Shown here in pieces: positions 56,233 through 64,000 of a stretch of 64,000 nucleotides of DNA (its first letter is position 1; every line of letters begins with the position of its first letter). The notes beneath the pieces were generated by a model. That model had not been told where the DNA came from. It was given only the letters and a program-made list of their open reading frames with translations, and ran no database searches. Made by a program: the position numbers and the translations under genes. The DNA is taken from contig JBAYHH010000001.1 of assembly GCA_041666265.1 (NCBI GenBank), forward strand, positions 8,056-72,055, read 5' to 3'. The stretch comes from Candidatus Magasanikiibacteriota bacterium. Its GTDB lineage: Bacteria; Patescibacteriota; Patescibacteriia; Magasanikbacterales; GWA2-37-8.

Positions 56233-57477
56233 ATGAACATCCTCGAAAACATCCACAGCGTCTGGCGCGTACTGGGTCGCAACAAAATCCGGTCGTTTTT
56301 GACGATGCTCGGGATTATTATCGGGGTGATGGCGGTGATCGTGGTGATGTCGGTGGGGGCGGGAGCACAGAGTCTGATTTTGAATCAAGTAAAAAGTTTG
56401 GGTTCGGATTTGATTGGAGTGTTGCCCGGTGCAAGTGACGAAAAAGGTCCGCCGGCATCGGCGATGGGGATTGTGATTACCACTCTCAAATCCGAAGATG
56501 TTGAAAAAGTGGTCAAAAACGGCGGAGATTTTCCGCATATTACCGCCGGCACCGGCTATGTGAAGGGGTCGAACACTATTACTTGGGACGGCAACGAAGT
56601 TGACAGCTCGTTTACCGGCGTGAACGCGTCTTTGATTGAGGTGGAGGACGCGAAAGTGGGGCAAGGCCGGTTTTTTACCGACGAAGAGGACAAAACCATG
56701 GCGCGCGTGGTAGTGCTCGGCTATCAGGTGGCGAGCGATTTGTTTGGTGATGACGATCCGATAGGTAAAAATATTAAAATAAAAAAAACTACTTTTAATA
56801 TCATCGGCGTGATGGAAAAACGGGGGAGCAGTGGTTTTCAAAATCAGGATACGCAGGTTTTTGTGCCGATGAAAACCGCGCAAAAACTTTTGCTCGGCAT
56901 TGATTATATCAGTTTCGCGCGGCTCAAAGTGGACAAACCGGAAAATGTGGATGAGGCGATGGATTACACGCGTCAAGTTTTGCGGGAACGACATGATATT
57001 GACAATCCAACCGACGATGATTTCAATGTCCGCAGTATGGCGCAGGGCGTGGAAGCGATTACTCAAATTACCGACGCGCTCAAATTTTTTCTCGTGGCGG
57101 TGGCGGCGATCGCTCTCATCGTCGGCGGAATCGGGATCATGAATATCATGCTCGCGGCCGTGCAAGAGCGCACGCGTGAGATCGGACTGCGCAAGGCCGT
57201 GGGCGCGAAAAATCGCCATATTGTGGAGCAGTTTTTGGTCGAAACGGTGATGATTACTTTTGTCGGTGGCGCCATCGGTATCGCGCTCGGTATTTTGATT
57301 TCGTTTATCGTCGCCAAAGTCGCCCAAGGGATGGGCTATGATTGGGATTTTGTTATCAGTTTTGGCGCGATTTTGCTGGGTTGCGGCGTGTCCATTGGCG
57401 TGGGCTTATTGTTTGGGATTTCACCCGCGCGTCAGGCGGCGGCGCTCGATCCGATCGAGGCGTTGAGGTACGAGTAA
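56233..57477 (+). CDS. ABC transporter permease (FtsX-like, MacB periplasmic domain)
   Basis: N-terminal TM, large periplasmic domain, C-terminal FtsX 3-TM module (GIGIMNIM...REIGLRKAVGA). Confidence 0.88.
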   Translation: MNILENIHSVWRVLGRNKIRSFLTMLGIIIGVMAVIVVMSVGAGAQSLILNQVKSLGSDLIGVLPGASDEKGPPASAMGIVITTLKSEDVEKVVKNGGDFPHITAGTGYVKGSNTITWDGNEVDSSFTGVNASLIEVEDAKVGQGRFFTDEEDKTMARVVVLGYQVASDLFGDDDPIGKNIKIKKTTFNIIGVMEKRGSSGFQNQDTQVFVPMKTAQKLLLGIDYISFARLKVDKPENVDEAMDYTRQVLRERHDIDNPTDDDFNVRSMAQGVEAITQITDALKFFLVAVAAIALIVGGIGIMNIMLAAVQERTREIGLRKAVGAKNRHIVEQFLVETVMITFVGGAIGIALGILISFIVAKVAQGMGYDWDFVISFGAILLGCGVSIGVGLLFGISPARQAAALDPIEALRYE

Positions 57478-57530
57478 AATTTTTAATTTGTAATTTTTAA
57501 TTTTCAAACAATAACCAAATAATTCAATTT

Positions 57531-57878
57531 ATGAATTATGATTTGGAGGAGCGTACATTAAAATTTGCCAAAGCAGTTTTGAATATTTTAAAAACAATGC
57601 CGATTAGCTTAATCAATAGTAATATAATCAATCAACTAATTCGTTCCGTCACTAGTGTCGGGGCAAATTATCGGGAAGCTAATGCTGGTAGCTCCAAAAA
57701 AGATTTTAGAAATAAAATATTTATTTGTAGAAAAGAAATTCAAGAGACCAAATATTGGATTGAGTTGCTTGCCGATATTTCTGACGAATGTAGGAGGAAT
57801 CAAATGCGAGTGTTGTGGAAAGAAGCACACGAATTAACTTTGATATTTAATAAAATTTCTTCAAGTCTGAAAGATTAG
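57531..57878 (+). CDS. four-helix-bundle protein (23S rRNA intervening-sequence protein family)
   Basis: LKFAKAV...SVGANYREANAGSSKKDFRNKIFICRKEIQETKYWIELL is the characteristic TIGR02436-type four-helix-bundle signature. Confidence 0.8.
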   Translation: MNYDLEERTLKFAKAVLNILKTMPISLINSNIINQLIRSVTSVGANYREANAGSSKKDFRNKIFICRKEIQETKYWIELLADISDECRRNQMRVLWKEAHELTLIFNKISSSLKD

Positions 57879-57954
57879 AAATTATTGCATTGAAAATTGT
57901 TTAAAAAACTGGCTGCGAACCAGCAATTGTAGAAATTGAAAATTTTAAATTCCC

Positions 57955-59199
57955 ATGAATTTCACCCCCATCCTCCTCGCCTACAAATCTCTCTTCGCGC
58001 AAAAAACGCGCGCGGTTTTGACGATCCTCGGGGTGAGTATTGGGATCGCGGTCGTGATCGCGATCATGGCGGCGGGGCGCGGGTTGGATCACATGGTGAT
58101 GGGGCAGTTGGAAATATATTCTCCCAATACCATCAGTGTGGAAGTGAAAATCCCATCCACCAAACAAGCATCCAACGAAAACGCCATGGGTCAAAGCATG
58201 GGGATCACCATTACCACTTTAGATGAAAAAGATTTGGACGATGTTTCTCGTCATCCCAATATTGTGGCGGCTTATGGCTGGCAAGTAGGGCAGGCGGCGG
58301 TAAAATATGGCGACACCACCAAAATCACCATGCTCATGGGTGAGGGATACAATTTGCAAGAGGTGGAAAAATTTGAGCTTACTGCCGGTCGAATGTATAC
58401 CAAAGAAGAAGAGGACGCGCAGGCGCAAGTGGGGATTTTGGGTTCGGCGACCAAAAAAACTTTATTTGGCGACGATGACGCGGTGGGTAAAACTATTTAT
58501 CTGAAAGGCAAAGCGTTTCGGGTGATCGGCGTGGCCAAAGAACGCGGCGCCACTTTTGGTATGGATATGGACAGCATTGTGCTCATGCCGACCAAGACAT
58601 TACAGAAAAAAATTCTCGGCATTGATTATTATCACAACATCATCGCCAAAGCCAAAGATCGCGCGCTGATTGACTCCACCGTAGAGGATATTAAAGAAAT
58701 CATTCGCGATAATCATGATATTACCAATCCCGATAAGGATGATTTTGCGGTCAATACGATGCAAGAGGCGGCCGATATGCTATCGAGCGTGGTCAATGGA
58801 CTGACACTCTTGCTCGTAGCGCTGGTTTGTGTGTCGCTCGCGGTGGGTGGGGTGGGGATCATGAATATTATGTATGTGTCGGTCACCGAACGAACTTTTG
58901 AAATCGGTTTGCGCAAAGCCGTGGGCGCCAAATCCAAAGACATTTTGTGGCAATTTTTGAGCGAGGCGGTATTGCTCACTTTGAGCGGGGGATTGGTTGG
59001 GATTATTTTGGGCGTACTGCTGGCGTTGTTGATCTATTTTATCGCTACTTATTTTAAATTTTCGTGGGTGTTTTCTGTACCCATTTCTTCCATTGTTTTG
59101 GCGGTCGGATTTTCCGGCGTGGTGGGCTTGATTTTTGGTCTATATCCCGCCAAAAAAGCGGCGAGTTTGGATCCGATTGAGGCGCTCAGACGCGAATAA
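57955..59199 (+). CDS. ABC transporter permease (FtsX-like), second copy
   Basis: Paralogous to 56233..57477 (same motifs: GVGIMNIMYVSVTERTFEIGLRKAVGA). Confidence 0.88.
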   Translation: MNFTPILLAYKSLFAQKTRAVLTILGVSIGIAVVIAIMAAGRGLDHMVMGQLEIYSPNTISVEVKIPSTKQASNENAMGQSMGITITTLDEKDLDDVSRHPNIVAAYGWQVGQAAVKYGDTTKITMLMGEGYNLQEVEKFELTAGRMYTKEEEDAQAQVGILGSATKKTLFGDDDAVGKTIYLKGKAFRVIGVAKERGATFGMDMDSIVLMPTKTLQKKILGIDYYHNIIAKAKDRALIDSTVEDIKEIIRDNHDITNPDKDDFAVNTMQEAADMLSSVVNGLTLLLVALVCVSLAVGGVGIMNIMYVSVTERTFEIGLRKAVGAKSKDILWQFLSEAVLLTLSGGLVGIILGVLLALLIYFIATYFKFSWVFSVPISSIVLAVGFSGVVGLIFGLYPAKKAASLDPIEALRRE

Positions 59200-59303
59200 G
59201 GCCAATTTTAGCCAAAACTGTATTTTGATATACACAAAATCGCGCTCTTGTCAAGGGTATGGTTATGTTGTAATATACCTACATAATTCAACAATAAATT
59301 TGT

Positions 59304-60392
59304 ATGCGCAATCAACTAACCGTATATATTTTAGCGTTAGGCGTTTTAGCATTTTTGGGCGCCGGATGCGCCAGTCAGGGAGTTTCGCTTTATGTTGACG
59401 ATACCAAGCAAAACGATGCCGGTGGTGTTGTCACCGTTTCGACCAATTCCGGTTGGAGTCACTATGAAAATAAAAAATACGGAATTAGTTTTGATTATCC
59501 ATCCAATTGGACCAGGCAAGATAGCACTTCCGATGATTTTTTGAGTGTTCGTCTCGGCAATGCCGATTGCGCGAGCGCGCAGTGTCCGCCGGATTTTGTC
59601 GGGGTGGAGATTCGCGCCGGGGTGATAAAAAATAAATTTACCGATTTATCCGCCTGGGTCGATAGTCAGATAGCGCTCAATAATAAAACCGGAATTTTGC
59701 CCGGTGGAAAAATCGAGTCGGTCAGTATCGGCGGTCGTGGCGCCATCAAGGTGGCCAAATCCGATTGGCGGGGAGCGCTGCCCGGAGCCGCGTATTATTT
59801 GGATCAAGACCAGTATCACTATACCTACATTGCTACCGGAAAAAACGACACCACCGCCGGCGCTCTGACCACAGTCGAAAAAGTGATTGCTTCGGTGCGG
59901 ATTTTTGCCAATCAATTGCCGGCCATCATCGTGGATGAGGGCGATGAATCCACGAGCACGGTTCCGCCCGAAATTCGCAACGGCAAATTGTATTCCAACG
60001 AACGATATGCGTTTACATTTCGCTATCCTGAAGAATGTGTATTTGTAAATAATTCCGATCAGGTTTATCCGCCGGTGCAAGTCGAACTATTTGCCTGTGG
60101 TAAAGACGAAAAAGACAAGACGATTAGCTTGCGCGTTGTCAGTAGCACTGTCGAGGCCGAAGTTAAAAAAGCGTTTGGCGGTCGCAAATTAAAATATTAT
60201 CAAAATATTGTTTTGGTATCAGACCGCAAAGGAATCATCGTGAGTTTCGCCAAGGGCGCGCGCAACAAAGCCGAACGCTATGTGATCGTGGGCCGAGGTA
60301 ATTATGTGTATGTTTTGTCGGTCAAGGATGATACCAAAACTTACGCCACGAATTTTGACAAACTCCTCTCCGGTTTAAGCATCGCTGATTAG
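59304..60392 (+). CDS. hypothetical lipoprotein
   Basis: Signal peptide with lipobox (LAFLGAGCAS). Beta-rich; no known motif. Confidence 0.55.
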   Translation: MRNQLTVYILALGVLAFLGAGCASQGVSLYVDDTKQNDAGGVVTVSTNSGWSHYENKKYGISFDYPSNWTRQDSTSDDFLSVRLGNADCASAQCPPDFVGVEIRAGVIKNKFTDLSAWVDSQIALNNKTGILPGGKIESVSIGGRGAIKVAKSDWRGALPGAAYYLDQDQYHYTYIATGKNDTTAGALTTVEKVIASVRIFANQLPAIIVDEGDESTSTVPPEIRNGKLYSNERYAFTFRYPEECVFVNNSDQVYPPVQVELFACGKDEKDKTISLRVVSSTVEAEVKKAFGGRKLKYYQNIVLVSDRKGIIVSFAKGARNKAERYVIVGRGNYVYVLSVKDDTKTYATNFDKLLSGLSIAD

Positions 60393-60419
60393 TGATATTA
60401 TTTAACCCACCGCGCCCTC

Positions 60420-62219
60420 ATGTCCGACACACAGACAATCAAAGATAGGCTGGATATCGCGCAGGTTATCGGCGAATACATTCAACTCAAAAAAGCCGGA
60501 GCCAATTATAAGGCGCGCTGTCCCTTCCATAACGAAAAGTCACCGTCATTCATGGTGCATCCCGAAAAACAAATTTGGCATTGTTTTGGTTGTGGTAAAG
60601 GCGGAGATATATTTTCGTTTGTTCAAGAGATCGAGGGGTTGGATTTTCCCGAGGCCTTGCGTCATCTGGCCGAGCGTGCCGGCGTCAAACTCGATACCTA
60701 CCGCAGTGAAATTGATAAAAGTCAAAAAAATCGGATCGTGGAGGTCAATCAGGCGGCCGCGGTTTTTTTTCATCGCTTTTTGACCGAAATTCCATCGGCA
60801 TCCGGAGCGCGCGCGTATTTGACCAATCGACAAATCTCGTCAGCCACTATTGTGGAGTGGCAAGTCGGTTTTATTCCCGATCAATGGGAGCTGCTCACGC
60901 AATATTTAGTTAAGAAAGGTTTTGCCATCGATGATTTGGTCGCGTCCGGGTTGACAATCAAAAAAGAAGGCGCGCCTGCGGGCAAAGGTTTTTACGATCG
61001 TTTTCGCGGTCGCATTATGTTTCCGATTCGCGACGCGCACGGCAGTGTGGTTGGTTTTACCGGGCGCGTGCTTGTCGAGACTGATCGTTCGGGTGGAAAG
61101 TATGTCAATACGCCCCAGACTTTGGTGTATGACAAGTCGCGCGTGCTTTATGGTCTCGATAAAGCCAAGATGGAGATCAAGCATCGTGATTTGGCCGTGA
61201 TAGTCGAGGGACAAATGGATGTGATCGCTTGCCATCAAGCCGGAATGAAAAATGTCGTTGCTTCTTCGGGCACAGCTCTGACCGGGGAACAGGTGAAACT
61301 GTTGAAAAGGTATTCCGGAAATATCGCGATGGCTTTTGATGCCGATAACGCCGGACAAGAGGCGATGAAGCGCGGTATTGACGCGGCTTTGTCCGAAGGA
61401 ATGAGTGTAAAAGTGATCAGTATTCCGGCGGGCGCGGGCAAGGATGCGGATGAGTGCATCAAAAAAGATAAAAATACTTGGTTCCAAGCGGTCGAAAACG
61501 CGCAGGAAATCATGTCTTGGTATTTCACCAATGTTTTATCCAAATACCAGTTATCCGTTCCTCATGAAAAACAATTGGCTTCGACAATACTGATTGGCGA
61601 AATCGCGAAGCTTACTTACGCGGTCGAACGCGATGATTGGTTGCGGCGATTGTCCGAGCAGTTAAATATCGATTCGACGGTTTTACGCGAAGAATTAAAA
61701 AAGGCGATCAAAAATAAAGGGGCCATGCCGGCGCGAGTCGCGGCCGGCTTGGAAAAATCCGCAGCAGTAGCGGTTAATGTCGTTAAAAAAGCACCCCATT
61801 CCCGGATTCAAGTATTGGCCGAGGGGCTGTGGTCGCTTTTGATGAAATGGCCGGAATTATATCCGGATACGCGCGTCCGTCTTCAAAAAGAGTATTTTGT
61901 CGCCACGGATTTTGTCGGCCTTTACGAAATCAGCGAAAAGCAGTATAATGAAACCAAGAAAATTTCATTAGACGACCTGCGTGTTTTGAGTGTCGGCGCG
62001 TCTTATGATATAGATATCCTTTCGCTCCGGGCCGAAAAGGATTTTTCGGAGTTAAGTATAGTCGAAGCGCGTAAAGAAGCGCAAGGCTTGGCGCGCAGTT
62101 TAGCTGATGAGTGGAAGAAAAATTATCGGCAGGATATTCAGATGGCCATCGCCAATGCGGAAAAATCAGGCGAAAAATCAACAGTAATGGAATTAATACA
62201 AAAATTACAATCCATCTAA
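60420..62219 (+). CDS. dnaG: DNA primase DnaG
   Basis: Zinc-binding CPFHNEKSPSFMV...HCFGCG. Toprim (EGQMD, DADNAG). Confidence 0.93.
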   Translation: MSDTQTIKDRLDIAQVIGEYIQLKKAGANYKARCPFHNEKSPSFMVHPEKQIWHCFGCGKGGDIFSFVQEIEGLDFPEALRHLAERAGVKLDTYRSEIDKSQKNRIVEVNQAAAVFFHRFLTEIPSASGARAYLTNRQISSATIVEWQVGFIPDQWELLTQYLVKKGFAIDDLVASGLTIKKEGAPAGKGFYDRFRGRIMFPIRDAHGSVVGFTGRVLVETDRSGGKYVNTPQTLVYDKSRVLYGLDKAKMEIKHRDLAVIVEGQMDVIACHQAGMKNVVASSGTALTGEQVKLLKRYSGNIAMAFDADNAGQEAMKRGIDAALSEGMSVKVISIPAGAGKDADECIKKDKNTWFQAVENAQEIMSWYFTNVLSKYQLSVPHEKQLASTILIGEIAKLTYAVERDDWLRRLSEQLNIDSTVLREELKKAIKNKGAMPARVAAGLEKSAAVAVNVVKKAPHSRIQVLAEGLWSLLMKWPELYPDTRVRLQKEYFVATDFVGLYEISEKQYNETKKISLDDLRVLSVGASYDIDILSLRAEKDFSELSIVEARKEAQGLARSLADEWKKNYRQDIQMAIANAEKSGEKSTVMELIQKLQSI

Positions 62220-62228
62220 TTAAAATTT

Positions 62229-63551
62229 ATGTCTCAAAAGCGGGGGAAAGCCGAAAAAATTAAAAAAGGAGTAAAAAAATCCGGGGCCGCAAGCCGCGGA
62301 AAACAAAAGACTAAATTTTTTAGGTCCAAGTCGGCCAAAAAAACTTTCAAATCAGTCAAAGAGAGACGGTCTAAATTCAAAGCCGGTAAAAAAACTACGG
62401 TATTTTTTGATAAGAAAAATTTAAAAAGCAAACAGTCATTGATCAATGAGGAGGTGAGCGAGCCGACCTTGGATGAGATCTGGTCGCTCGTGCGCAAGGG
62501 GCGCAATCGCGGATTTATCACCGAGATTGAGTTAAATGGTCTTTTTTCGAGACCGGAATATCACCTGGATTTGTTTGAAGGATTTTTGGATTTGGCCGAC
62601 CGCAACGGTATGCCGATTGTCGAGACTCAAAGCAATCTGTTGGGCGTGAAGGAAGGCCATAAATCAATGCTCAAAGAGTTTCAAGGCGAACAGCCGGATA
62701 TGGATATCCCGTTTGATTTAGGTGAGATTTCGAGCGACTCAATTCAGATGTATTTGCGTGAGATCGGCAAGATTCCTTTGCTTTCGGGCGAAGAAGAAGT
62801 GTCGCTCGCCAAACGCAAAGAGCGCGGAGATAAGGTGGCCGAGCGCAAGCTGATTGAAGCTAATTTGCGTTTGGTGGTTTCGATCGCCAAAAAATTTGTC
62901 GGAAAAAATTTGTCTCTTTTGGATTTGATTCAAGAGGGTAATATCGGTTTGTTTCGCGCGGTGAAAAAGTTTGACCACCGCCGCGGTTACAAATTTTCGA
63001 CATACGCTACCTGGTGGATCCGCCAGGCGATCACGCGCGCGCTCGCTGACCAAAGCCGCACCATTCGTATTCCGGTGCACATGGTCGAGACCATCAATCG
63101 TTTTCAACAGATTCATCGCCGTTTGACCCAAGATTTGGGCCGCGATCCGGCCCCGGAAGAATTGGCCGCTGAAATGGGCGAAGATGTCGAAAAAATCAAG
63201 CACATCATGAAGATATCGCAAGACACGGTATCTTTGGAGGTTTCGGTAGGTGATGATGACGATGATACTTCACTGCAGGATTTTATCGAAGATGTAAAAA
63301 ATGTTTCACCGGACCGTAGCGCCGCTTTGCAGATTTTACGCGATTATGTCAAGGATGCGGTCAAAAATCTCACTCCGCGCGAACAAAAAATACTGGAAAT
63401 GCGTTTTGGGCTGGCTGATGGCGTTACCCATACTCTCGAAGAAGTGGGTCAGGAATTTGGCGTCACGCGTGAACGCATTCGTCAGATTGAAGCCAAAGCT
63501 TTGGAAAGAATTTCTGAATCCGACATCATGACGAAACTAAGAGATTATTAG
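62229..63551 (+). CDS. rpoD: RNA polymerase sigma factor RpoD (sigma-70) with basic N-terminal extension
   Basis: Regions 2-4 canonical ([51 protein letters not shown]). About 70-aa Lys-rich N-terminus. Confidence 0.93.
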   Translation: MSQKRGKAEKIKKGVKKSGAASRGKQKTKFFRSKSAKKTFKSVKERRSKFKAGKKTTVFFDKKNLKSKQSLINEEVSEPTLDEIWSLVRKGRNRGFITEIELNGLFSRPEYHLDLFEGFLDLADRNGMPIVETQSNLLGVKEGHKSMLKEFQGEQPDMDIPFDLGEISSDSIQMYLREIGKIPLLSGEEEVSLAKRKERGDKVAERKLIEANLRLVVSIAKKFVGKNLSLLDLIQEGNIGLFRAVKKFDHRRGYKFSTYATWWIRQAITRALADQSRTIRIPVHMVETINRFQQIHRRLTQDLGRDPAPEELAAEMGEDVEKIKHIMKISQDTVSLEVSVGDDDDDTSLQDFIEDVKNVSPDRSAALQILRDYVKDAVKNLTPREQKILEMRFGLADGVTHTLEEVGQEFGVTRERIRQIEAKALERISESDIMTKLRDY

Positions 63552-63552
63552 T

Positions 63553-64000
63553 ATGTCGTCATTAAAGATAGTTTTATCCGGCGGGGGCACTCTCGGACCC
63601 GTCACCCCGCTTCTCGCCGTGCGTGAGGCGGTTTTGTCGCGTTTTCCCGATGCCGATTTTGTCTGGGTCGGCACGGCCGATGGTCCGGAAAAAGCTTTGG
63701 TGGAAGAGTTGAATATTCCATATTATATCATGGGCGCCGGCAAGTGGCGTCGGTATTTTTCTTTTTTAAATTTGATTGATTTGCTCAAAATTTTCTACGC
63801 CTTTATTCAGTCTTTGATTTTTTTGTGGCAAGAAAAACCGCAGGCTTTGATATCGGCCGGCGGTTTTGTGAGTGTGCCATTGCATGGCGCCGGTTGGATT
63901 TTGGGGATCCCGTCTTGGGTTCACCAGCAAGATGTCGTACCCGGTCTCGCCAATAAATTGATGGCGCCACTTGCGAAACAGGTGACCGTGGCGCTCGAAC
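63553..64000 (+). CDS. murG: MurG (UDP-GlcNAc:lipid I GlcNAc transferase), 3'-truncated by window end
   Basis: N-terminal GGGTLGPVTPLLAV and the GG(F/Y)VS motif are typical of MurG. Continues past 64000. Confidence 0.75.
   Translation, partial: MSSLKIVLSGGGTLGPVTPLLAVREAVLSRFPDADFVWVGTADGPEKALVEELNIPYYIMGAGKWRRYFSFLNLIDLLKIFYAFIQSLIFLWQEKPQALISAGGFVSVPLHGAGWILGIPSWVHQQDVVPGLANKLMAPLAKQVTVALE

Overview
This 64-kb window is dense, mostly co-directional bacterial chromosome. Gene content (PilT without other pilus genes, many glycosyltransferases, DnaK/DnaJ with no grpE or hrcA, small basic proteins, S8 and S41 proteases) suggests a small-genome Patescibacteria/CPR-like organism; that placement is inference. 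I call about 60 CDS, including the housekeeping genes dnaK, dnaJ, rnhA, murA, era, rplI, pyrG, recJ, lepA, murJ, rlmN, dnaG, rpoD and murG (partial), plus a CCA-adding enzyme gene. There is a surface-glycan locus with four tandem GT2 genes, one GT4 gene, a sugar nucleotidyltransferase, SDR epimerases, a PGI/PMI gene and two Nudix genes. There is also a MacAB-like efflux operon and one tRNA-Pro(CGG). Five things look non-standard. (1) A ~5.4-kb AT-rich island is bounded by perfect 40-bp direct repeats. The repeat is the last 6 nt of tRNA-Pro plus 34 nt of its downstream hairpin. The island carries a LexA-type repressor gene translationally overlapping a BcgI-like (Type IIB) restriction-modification pair and an extra putative PD-(D/E)xK protein. 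No integrase and no HsdR helicase are present. (2) Three copies of a ~105-115-bp structured element sit at the 3' ends of + strand genes, all in the same orientation. They share a ~65-nt core with compensatory base changes in an internal hairpin and copy-specific but always complementary outer stems. This is a candidate structured RNA or elaborate terminator family. (3) A 387-bp cassette with perfect 31-bp terminal inverted repeats encloses a GIY-YIG nuclease gene and sits exactly between the macA-like and macB-like genes. (4) Arrays of a 7-bp periodic AGGT-containing heptamer occur as inverted pairs in three intergenic regions and once inside the lepA coding sequence. (5) Several genes have a tight promoter followed by a hairpin and U-run immediately upstream, and two promoter regions share the 13-mer GAACCAGCAATTG. 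No CRISPR arrays or rRNA genes are present.
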